From positions 186,001 through 250,000 of IMG/VR virus record IMGVR_UViG_3300044625_001067: a stretch of 64,000 nt of DNA; one strand, 5' to 3'. Positions 27,398 through 35,130 of the stretch are shown here, one piece after another. Both the position numbers and the translations under genes were made by a program. How positions within the stretch are numbered: position 1 is the stretch's first letter; every line of letters starts with the position of its first letter. A model generated the notes under the pieces. The model made no database searches. It saw only the letters and a list, made by a program, of their open reading frames with translations, and had not been told where the DNA came from.

Positions 27398-27763
27398 GTG
27401 ATAAAGACCAAAGACAAAATTGAGAAGCTATACCGCGTACCTTGCGGTCCGATGGACATATCCGCCAACGCTATCTGTCGCCGCTCACTTCGAGACCACT
27501 TCGATAAGTTGCTTGATCGTTTAACTCTTGAGGTGAATCCGAATCCTGCTGCCCCGGCGAAGCTACAAAGCGACCTTGAAGTTACCGCAGATGGACGACT
27601 TATTGAAAAGTCTGAAGAGACCCAAGAAGAACGCAAGAGAAAGCTTGTCGAGGAAGGAAAGTTCCGCGCCGATGTCCAGTCCGAGATCAAAAAATACCGA
27701 GAGAACCTCCAAGGTAACGGAAAATTGCTGCAGGATGTTTCAGGCAAGTACGAATCGATCTGA
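27398..27763 (+). CDS. Hypothetical protein
   Basis: GTG start 2 nt after upstream stop within ORF 27230-27763. Confidence 0.5.
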   Translation: MIKTKDKIEKLYRVPCGPMDISANAICRRSLRDHFDKLLDRLTLEVNPNPAAPAKLQSDLEVTADGRLIEKSEETQEERKRKLVEEGKFRADVQSEIKKYRENLQGNGKLLQDVSGKYESI

Positions 27764-27804
27764 GGTAAGCGGAGGGTAAAGTTTAGCAGTCCACAAACCA
27801 TACA

Positions 27805-28410
27805 ATGTCCAACAAAATCAACGGTGACTTCGACACTGACTCGATTGAAGCGTTCAGAGCTGCCTACGCAGCACAAATCCTCGAACCGGAAGACCAAGAG
27901 ACCGACAAATACACGGGCCTTCCAACCAACTTAGTTCTGAACACATCGCCGTGGATTCAGCACACTGGTCTGTGGAAGGCGAACGACGGGTCAAACAAAG
28001 ACTTTCAGGCCAATCAAGTTCTTGTTCCAGGAATTGAAGAACCCGAGAAAGAGCTCTCCGACGAAGAGCTTGAGGAGCTTATTGATCAGCTTCTTGCAGA
28101 GGGCGGCGGCGATGAGCTTTCTGAGGATTCGCTCGAAGATGACGACTACGACGATGACGCTTACTTTGACACAGGGGAAGAGGAGGAGCCGGAGCTTACC
28201 GATGACGAAGTAGAACGGTTAATCGACGAGCTCTTGAGCGAAGAATCCGAGCTGGATGAGTTGGACGAACTGGAAGAACTGGAAGACGACTATGACGAAG
28301 AGCTATCTGACGAGGATATTGACCGCATAGTGGACGAGCTCTTGAGTGAAAGCGAAGACGAACTCTTCGAAGACGACCTTGACTCTGACCTTGACTCTGA
28401 CCTTGACTAA
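27805..28410 (+). CDS. Highly acidic repeat protein
   Basis: Three EL(S/T)D(E/D).(L/V/I)...(I/V)D(E/Q)LL repeats; GACCTTGACTCT tandem at 3' end; motif at 27774. Confidence 0.7.
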   Translation: MSNKINGDFDTDSIEAFRAAYAAQILEPEDQETDKYTGLPTNLVLNTSPWIQHTGLWKANDGSNKDFQANQVLVPGIEEPEKELSDEELEELIDQLLAEGGGDELSEDSLEDDDYDDDAYFDTGEEEEPELTDDEVERLIDELLSEESELDELDELEELEDDYDEELSDEDIDRIVDELLSESEDELFEDDLDSDLDSDLD

Positions 28411-28422
28411 GGGGAACAATCA

Positions 28423-29103
28423 GTGGGTAACCCTAGGAAAAAATGCACAGCAGGAAAGTCTTGCTCGGCAACTTGCATAAGCAAGGGGTTTAAATGCAAG
28501 AAAAAGTTGCCGTCACCAGTTAGCGACAGTCTCACACGTAACAGTGAGAAGTTGTTGCACCTTGGTGAGCATGTTGGGGCCAACGTGACGTCTTGGAAAG
28601 TTGGGAAAGTTGTTGGCCCCCTGGTATCAAAGTACCTGGAAACTCGCTACGGCATACCACCGGAAACCACAGAAAAGCTGTCGGAAACTATTGTTCAAGC
28701 GGTGGTTGCCACGGGACTTCACTCTCGACATTTAAGGTCGAGTGAGGACTTTGTAAGAGACCTACTCACAGAAGCTTCTGCCGCGTTCCTGGGGAAAAGT
28801 GCCCACACAGGTGTGGAAAGTTTCCTAACCCACCAGGAAAGTCGCGAGATTGTCCAACAAGCTTTGCCCCTACTTGCAGGAAAGTTCACCGGAATTGGTG
28901 CAGCTTTTGCAGGGTCAAAACTTCCCAAAGTGGCCCAAATTTCGGGCGCCATATCACGAAAGTACAACTCCGACCTTTTGAAGCTACAGAGGCTATTCAG
29001 AAGATCTGAAGCTTCATTTTCTGAGCAAACCAACCAGGTAACCTCAGCTAAGCTTCTCGGAGACCTTTCTCTTCTCTCGGTTTTACTGTCCTTGAACGGG
29101 TAA
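28423..29103 (+). CDS. Hypothetical protein with N-terminal CxxGKSCxxTCIxxxxxC motif
   Basis: KKCTAGKSCSATCISKGFKC shared with kinase at 33641. Confidence 0.6.
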   Translation: MGNPRKKCTAGKSCSATCISKGFKCKKKLPSPVSDSLTRNSEKLLHLGEHVGANVTSWKVGKVVGPLVSKYLETRYGIPPETTEKLSETIVQAVVATGLHSRHLRSSEDFVRDLLTEASAAFLGKSAHTGVESFLTHQESREIVQQALPLLAGKFTGIGAAFAGSKLPKVAQISGAISRKYNSDLLKLQRLFRRSEASFSEQTNQVTSAKLLGDLSLLSVLLSLNG

Positions 29104-29126
29104 AACTGTTTACTGGCGAAATAAGC

Positions 29127-29447
29127 ATGACTCAGTTCAACGAGAGAGCTCTTCTTATTCGAGCATTAGCGGGTATATTCCTGATTCAGTTTCTAATTGT
29201 AGGGTATCAAACGTGGTCCTGCCAATCCTATGCAGAACGTGACAAAGACTCCACAAAAGTAACCCTCATCTGTAACAATGCGACCAACACATTTAACGAG
29301 ACCGGGAAGCTAGCACTCACTACAATTTTAGCACTTTTGGTCCCTTCTTCAGGGCAAAATGTTTCAGAAATAATTTCAACTGTGCGAGGGGGCCGCAAGC
29401 GCAAGACTAAAGAAGATGATGGCCTGGACGGAGAAAGTAAGGTCTAA
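29127..29447 (+). CDS. Small membrane protein (two hydrophobic segments; holin-like candidate)
   Basis: LLIRALAGIFLIQFLIVGY and LALTTILALLV; basic C-terminal patch. Confidence 0.5.
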   Translation: MTQFNERALLIRALAGIFLIQFLIVGYQTWSCQSYAERDKDSTKVTLICNNATNTFNETGKLALTTILALLVPSSGQNVSEIISTVRGGRKRKTKEDDGLDGESKV

Positions 29448-29526
29448 CGTTCCCGTGGGGAAGTAAACCCTGGAGTCCGTTTCTGAGCGAAAAGAGGGTA
29501 AAGTTAAGTATCAACGTAAGACCCCT

Positions 29527-30321
29527 ATGTACGGTGCTAACTTAGACTTTTCGTCTGTAACCCTGCCGGGAGTTGGCGGTTCCATAAATGCGGCTACAGC
29601 TATTTCCACAGACAAACTTGAGGAAATGAACCGCACAGGAAAAAAGTGGCGAACTGACAAAGATGGTAATATGTCTTTTCACAACGAAGCCCTCTTAGAA
29701 GCCAATAAGGCTAGCCGCCAAAAGAAAGAGAATCTGGTTAATCGTGACCGAGACGCTCACGCGGATGGAAAAGCTGCTATGAAAGAGATTTTCGGTCGCA
29801 AGCGGGCGAGAATGGAGGCATTTCGAGAAATAAAGAGAAAAGAGTATAACTTTGCCGATGACACTGAGCTAATGTCTATGCCTCAGCCCTTCTCACAAGC
29901 GACTTGCAAGGGAGTGGGCAAATGCAAATGTGACTCTTGCAAAGCAGCAGCGAAAAGCGACGCAGACTTTCGAGAGTGGTCCGCGAGTAAAAGGCAGAAG
30001 TTGCAGTCCGGAGAGGAGCGGGGAGAGTTTGCTGGGCCCGGTATGTCCTTTCCCGTCGCAAGCGCTCAAGATGTGTCAGCAGCGTGGTCTTCCGTGGGCA
30101 GGGCAGCGAACCCTCGCAAAATTATGTCAGAGATTATTCGCATTGCTAAGAAATACGGTTGGGAGTCGGGTCTCCCCCAAACGGTGAAAGATCGAATGGG
30201 ACAAGGGGAGTCAGGCTTGCCTTCCCCGGACTTCCGCGAAGGGGCACCGAATGCAAGAAAGAGTTCGAGGAAAGCAGCTAGAGCAGCGGCCGAAGTTGGC
30301 AAGTCAAGGTTGCCGGAGTAA
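29527..30321 (+). CDS. Hypothetical protein, candidate head-associated
   Basis: Basic; FAGPGMSFPV...DVSAAWSSVGRA.NP...IIRIAKKYG domain; DFRE sites. Confidence 0.6.
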   Translation: MYGANLDFSSVTLPGVGGSINAATAISTDKLEEMNRTGKKWRTDKDGNMSFHNEALLEANKASRQKKENLVNRDRDAHADGKAAMKEIFGRKRARMEAFREIKRKEYNFADDTELMSMPQPFSQATCKGVGKCKCDSCKAAAKSDADFREWSASKRQKLQSGEERGEFAGPGMSFPVASAQDVSAAWSSVGRAANPRKIMSEIIRIAKKYGWESGLPQTVKDRMGQGESGLPSPDFREGAPNARKSSRKAARAAAEVGKSRLPE

Positions 30322-30323
30322 AC

Positions 30324-30695
30324 ATGGGACTTTTTGAAATACCACTCATAATCTGCGGCTGGATTTTCACAGCTGGTCTTGCGGGTGTCGGTGGCACCTT
30401 TATGATTCAAGGTAAGAACGAGAAAAGAGTTCAGTACCTGAGAAACAACGCAGACCAAAAGATAGAACGTCTTATTGAGGAAAACGACAAAAGAATTAAC
30501 GCTCTGATTGCAGCGAATACTGTCCAGAACGAGAATGTCCTTTCCCACATTAAGAATGTTGAGAAAGCTCTTAATGACATGAGAGCGGAACTTCCTGAGA
30601 AGTACACACTGAAGACAGACCACAACCGTCTTGTCGACAAGGTGGAAGAGCTTTCTATGCAGTTTTACAGGCATAGGGAGAACGCTAATAGCTAG
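30324..30695 (+). CDS. Membrane-anchored coiled-coil protein
   Basis: N-terminal hydrophobic helix followed by heptad pattern. Confidence 0.6.
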   Translation: MGLFEIPLIICGWIFTAGLAGVGGTFMIQGKNEKRVQYLRNNADQKIERLIEENDKRINALIAANTVQNENVLSHIKNVEKALNDMRAELPEKYTLKTDHNRLVDKVEELSMQFYRHRENANS

Positions 30696-30728
30696 GGGGT
30701 AAAGTTAGGTAGTTAACCACTTACAGAA

Positions 30729-31109
30729 ATGAGTCACTGGGGATCCTTTTCACCGGAAGCTTACAGAGCTTACAAGTACGGGGTTGAAAACCCCAGCAAC
30801 TTCATGGGAGTTGCTCCAGCATTTGAGAAAGAGCCAGGGAGGGACCCTGACACCTTCTTTATGGGTGAGGACGACGAGGATGACTACGACTCCGACTCTG
30901 AATACGAAGACGCTGCCGAAGACGACAGGGAAGTCGAACCGAACGGCAGCATGGCCATTTCTCAGTTGCGATCTATGAGGGACAATATTGAAACTATACT
31001 GGAACTGGTTGGGCCTTACACGAATCTGAGTCCGTGGATGGCGGCAAAGTTGGCTGAGGCTGAGAACAGCATGACCTCAGTTGCCGACGCGTTGCAATAC
31101 GAAGATTGA
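30729..31109 (+). CDS. Hypothetical acidic protein
   Basis: Motif at 30697; WGSFS N-terminal leader. Confidence 0.6.
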   Translation: MSHWGSFSPEAYRAYKYGVENPSNFMGVAPAFEKEPGRDPDTFFMGEDDEDDYDSDSEYEDAAEDDREVEPNGSMAISQLRSMRDNIETILELVGPYTNLSPWMAAKLAEAENSMTSVADALQYED

Positions 31110-31113
31110 GACA

Positions 31114-31455
31114 ATGTGGGGATCCTTTGACAATTCATCCTACGCTTCTTTTCGAGAGGCTGCACTGGAAAAGTATGCAGAACAGGTAGACAAAAGCTCT
31201 CTCGACTGTAACGACCCCCGCGCCACACCGAGTCACCCAACAAAATCTCACATTGTAAAGTCGTGCTACCCTGGCGCACCAAAAGGGGGCAAACTGATTC
31301 GATTCGGACAACAAGGCGTGAAAGGGTCGCCAAAGAAAGATGGTGAGTCAGAGTCTTATAAAGCCAGACGGCAGTCATTTAAAGCGAGGCATGCTGCTAA
31401 TATTGCGAAGGGGAAGTCTTCTGGTAGTTATTGGGCCAATTTGGAAAAATGGTAA
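31114..31455 (+). CDS. Hypothetical basic phage protein
   Basis: HPTKSHIV...LIRFGQQG...ARRQSFKARH...YWA; WGSFD leader. Confidence 0.65.
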   Translation: MWGSFDNSSYASFREAALEKYAEQVDKSSLDCNDPRATPSHPTKSHIVKSCYPGAPKGGKLIRFGQQGVKGSPKKDGESESYKARRQSFKARHAANIAKGKSSGSYWANLEKW

Positions 31456-31581
31456 GTTAAACTAAAGAATTCTCCCTGGACATATGGGGAATGTAACTTC
31501 TGTAGAGGTGAGACCTAATGCGACAAAATACCTCAAACCATGTGATGTGACGGGGTAAAACAACTTAGTTGAGCCACGGGA

Positions 31582-32082
31582 ATGATAGGAGACTTTAGCG
31601 TACCCAACGTAGATCACCTCACAGAGGGAGTGCATTACCATGTTGTAGACTGGGACTTTGCGGCATGTGAACCCGACGAGAAGATGGTATACGGTATATG
31701 TAGGAAAGTTGGGGGGACCGGGGAAAAAGATTTCGACACGTCAAAAAGAAGCAAGCAAGAAGAGCAGCTAGGCAACGAAGCCCAAAAGCAAGGTGCCGGG
31801 GCGTCAACAAAAGAGCAAGCGTCCGCAGCCAATAAAAAGGCTTTTACGGTTGAGGGGAAGAAGTTCGGGTGGGCCATCAAGGGAGGCAAGCCAGTAATCG
31901 TAGCCTGGGGATCTGTTGCAGGAGAGGCAAAGGTGGGCCCGAAGCAAAGAGTTTCACCCCAGCCGCAGTCCCCCGCAGTTCAAACGAACAGGATGGAAGG
32001 GCTTAAGAAAGCCTTAGCGAGTCAAACCACCGAGAGTGGGCGCCAGGCCATACAGAATCAAATTCGTCAGCTCGGCGGGTGA
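31582..32082 (+). CDS. Hypothetical protein
   Basis: Motif at 31553; IGDFS leader, WDFAAC then basic domain. Confidence 0.6.
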   Translation: MIGDFSVPNVDHLTEGVHYHVVDWDFAACEPDEKMVYGICRKVGGTGEKDFDTSKRSKQEEQLGNEAQKQGAGASTKEQASAANKKAFTVEGKKFGWAIKGGKPVIVAWGSVAGEAKVGPKQRVSPQPQSPAVQTNRMEGLKKALASQTTESGRQAIQNQIRQLGG

Positions 32083-32145
32083 GACAACAGTAGTGAAGGG
32101 TAAAGTTATGTACAACAAGAATCTCTTTTCTCAAGAAGGGAACCC

Positions 32146-32580
32146 ATGAATCCTAACTTCCCCGAGAACGAACTTCAGCTCGAAGGTTTCTCCCACATTC
32201 CAACGGATTACTACCGGGGAACTGTGATGGAACCCTCAGCCACCTCGACTCTCCGCCCCAGCTTCGGGGAGTACGGCGCTATGGGCGAGCGGCACGAAGC
32301 GATATCGAGAGCAATTGCTGACTTGGGCTTTGCCATGAAACTCTCTCGACAGCGTGGAGCGTTTCAAGAACTTCAAAGGCAGATGGCTGCGACAAAGAAA
32401 CTTGTGAAAGAGCGCGAGGAAATTGACGGCAAAATGGCAACGCTTGACCTGGCCCGAAAGAACACTGACGACCACAATATTGCTGCTGGTATGGAAACTT
32501 CCTACTCAGAGCGGATAGACTCTGTGAGCACCCGTATTAACCGTCTCCAAGAGCTGCTATCCAACTTTAGCGACTTTTAG
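32146..32580 (+). CDS. Hypothetical coiled-coil protein
   Basis: Motif at 32098. Confidence 0.6.
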   Translation: MNPNFPENELQLEGFSHIPTDYYRGTVMEPSATSTLRPSFGEYGAMGERHEAISRAIADLGFAMKLSRQRGAFQELQRQMAATKKLVKEREEIDGKMATLDLARKNTDDHNIAAGMETSYSERIDSVSTRINRLQELLSNFSDF

Positions 32581-32657
32581 TCCTTATACTCGCCCTACGG
32601 AAACCAACCGTTAAACGATAAGATGTACTCGCTTCCACAATTTTCTCACTGTCAACC

Positions 32658-33644
32658 ATGAACAAACTCGACCATTGTTACCTCGAAGCCCTTTCAGAAG
32701 CACTGAAAGGTAACTTAGGCGAAGCTTTAGAACTCCGCAACGAAGCGGATGCGTTAGCATCCGAAGGTTTCTCCTTCTCTGAGGACTACGGGAGTAAATA
32801 CCCATTCATTGAAGAAGCTGTAAACACTTTACTTGATTCGTACGAATTCACTCGATGCGTCCGAGCCGACGGCTCGGCCTATGGTACACGCGGGAAGTGT
32901 AAGAAGGGCACAGAGGCTGGAGCGGCTGACCAGAGGGGTGTAGGTAAGAAGGGTTCCATTAAGGAAAGAAAGGTAGCACGACTTTACGAAGCCCTTAAAG
33001 AAAAGAAACTTACGAGTAACGCGACCTAGCGATTAATGAGACAGATGCTTGACACTCCAGAAGTTAAGAGCCAGTTTTCAAGTCTAGAAAAGAAAGGCGA
33101 CGTGGAAGGGGCGAGAGCCCTTTACTCCAAGATTGAAGCTGAGGCTGGAAAAAGGGCGAGTGCAGGGGAAGGGAGACTGGCCAAGGGCGACAGTAGGACA
33201 CCTGCCAGTGCGGACAGGGCTCGTGCGTCAGAGAAAGCAGAAAGCAGAAAGAGTCCGATGAAGTTAGGGAAAGAACAGCCACAGGCCGGGAAAGACATAT
33301 CACCACGAAGAAGAAAAACTACAGCAGAGTATAAGGCAGTAGCGGTACAACTATTTGATCTTTATAAAATTGCTCAGCGAAAAGAGCGAGAAGCGGAAAA
33401 GGCACTAAAAAGCGTTGAGAAAGAAACCAAAGGCGACAATAGTCGTGAAGCGAGGCTAAAACGCTCTACTGCAGAGAAAGCTTTAATGAAGGCGTACTCA
33501 AGTGGAGAAAGAGCTATGAAGGCTGAACTCAAAGCAAACTCATCCTATATGAAATCACTCAAGAAGGACGTACGAGCTAAGATGAGTCCCCAACAAAAGG
33601 CCGCTGAAAAGGAGATTGATAAAATAATACAGGAACGAGGTTGA
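32658..33644 (+). CDS. Leader-bearing basic protein, interrupted by a single in-frame TAG at 33027 (ORFs 32658-33029 and 33036-33644)
   Basis: N-terminus duplicates 19076 ORF; NAT*RLMRQ continues in the same frame. Confidence 0.55.
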
Positions 33645-34912
33645 GTCTAGTGAAACGCTGCACCAAGGGAAAGAGCTGTGGAGGTACCTGCATTAGCCGC
33701 GAGGCTAAGTGCAGAGCCTCCTTGACCCCCAAACTATCCCACCAAGTAGAAAACTTACAGGGATCATTAGCAGGCAAAGTTGCTAAGAGTGGCGAGACAA
33801 ACCCGCTGGTCAAGGACCTTATTGAGGCGTTAGCGTCCAACTCAAAGGTCAGGGTGGGTAATGACTTCCCATCGTTAAAGCGGGAGGCAGAGCGCCAGCT
33901 TGCTGAGCTGCGCAGTAAAGAGTATATGACGGACGAGGAAATAAATAGGGCCACGAAAGTTGAAAAGGCACTCTTTGACACATGGGCCAAGCACACCAGG
34001 GCGGATCGCCCAGCTATTCAAGAACGTCAAAATGCACTCGAATTCGACTCCGAGTTTACACCAACCCTAAAGTTAGGGGGTAGCTACGACTGGAAACAGT
34101 CGTACGAATCAGGATCAAAGGGGTTAGGATCAGGTTTGTACGGAGCGGTAATTGCATCCAAACCACCCCCGTCCGTAGTCGTGAAAAGGGGGGAGGTGGG
34201 GGAAAATGAAGTGAGAATTCTTGAGAAATTAAGTGGAAAGGATATCACCCCCAGGCTAATCTCGGCTGAGATGAATAAATCTGCTGAGTTCAACAACGCT
34301 GGGTACTACCCTGGAAGAATAGCAATGTCCCGTGTAAGGGGTAAGCCGGCTGAAGACTTTGAATCCTACGAAAGCCCAGTCGGAAGCACAACTGTGGGAG
34401 ACTCTTACTACGCTCTACGAAAGAAGCTCCATGAGCAAGGTGTTGCCCATAATGACGCCCACGTAGGAAACGTAATTATCGATGACAAGGGGAAAGCACG
34501 TTTTGTTGACTTCGGTGTTTCACAGGATGACCCTCGTGCAGCTCTCTCAGAGGCCATTGGAGTTTTATCGGTGAGGTACTTACTACCCCCTGGTGCAATG
34601 CTCAGAAAGCCACTCAATGAAAACTCAGGGGATTTTCAGGCACGAGACAACAAGCAGTTTTACTTGCCACCATCCACTACAGTTACTCCTAAGGGAACTA
34701 CCCCCAAAACGAACCTTGGGAAGATTATACGAAACCGAATCAAAGTTTACTCCGAGATGGAAAAGCTTGGTCTTAACAAAGACGATATTGCTGAGGTGGT
34801 GACCCACAGTTTAGACCAACCACTTAGCTCTTACAACAAAGGTGCTTGGGGTAAGATCGGCAAAGACGACGCTGCAAGGCTTATTTCCATACTTTACGAA
34901 GGGGTTAGTTAA
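33641..34912 (+). CDS. Protein kinase-like protein with N-terminal Cys4 motif
   Basis: GLGSGLYGAV (Gly loop), VVVK, HNDAHVGNV (catalytic loop), VDFG. Confidence 0.85.
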   Translation: MSLVKRCTKGKSCGGTCISREAKCRASLTPKLSHQVENLQGSLAGKVAKSGETNPLVKDLIEALASNSKVRVGNDFPSLKREAERQLAELRSKEYMTDEEINRATKVEKALFDTWAKHTRADRPAIQERQNALEFDSEFTPTLKLGGSYDWKQSYESGSKGLGSGLYGAVIASKPPPSVVVKRGEVGENEVRILEKLSGKDITPRLISAEMNKSAEFNNAGYYPGRIAMSRVRGKPAEDFESYESPVGSTTVGDSYYALRKKLHEQGVAHNDAHVGNVIIDDKGKARFVDFGVSQDDPRAALSEAIGVLSVRYLLPPGAMLRKPLNENSGDFQARDNKQFYLPPSTTVTPKGTTPKTNLGKIIRNRIKVYSEMEKLGLNKDDIAEVVTHSLDQPLSSYNKGAWGKIGKDDAARLISILYEGVS

Positions 34913-35073
34913 TGGACAAAGACCAAAAGTACCTCGACCTCATGTCACTCTACAAAAGGGTAAGGAGAAACCCAAGCGAAAGAGATCGTGCTCGGGGAAT
35001 TCTTAACACGGCAATAGAGCTTGGGAAACGCGGAGTGAGCTCTGAGGCGAAAGAGGCAGTGAGGTACATCTAA
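34912..35073 (+). CDS. Small protein (53 aa) coupled to kinase; candidate inhibitor/immunity protein
   Basis: TAATG overlap; MDKDQKYLDLMSLYKRVRR...EAVRYI; absent from ORF track (under 60 aa). Confidence 0.5.
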   Translation: MDKDQKYLDLMSLYKRVRRNPSERDRARGILNTAIELGKRGVSSEAKEAVRYI

Positions 35074-35082
35074 GGGAGAGGG

Positions 35083-35090
35083 GGGTAAAA
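35083..35090 (+). promoter_or_regulatory. GGGTAAAR putative late promoter
   Basis: GGGTAAAA upstream of 35131. Confidence 0.55.
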
Positions 35091-35130
35091 GTAGGAGTGC
35101 CTCTGCACACAGTCTTAAGCTCTTTAGCAA

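Noticed and set aside
19076-32915. Duplicated segment as a diversity-generating retroelement template/variable repeat pair
   Set aside because: Differences are mostly synonymous and not adenine-specific, the repeat is N-terminal, and no reverse transcriptase is seen
33027-33029. Genome-wide TAG or TGA stop-codon reassignment
   Set aside because: Long genes are intact in the standard code and many end properly in TAG or TGA
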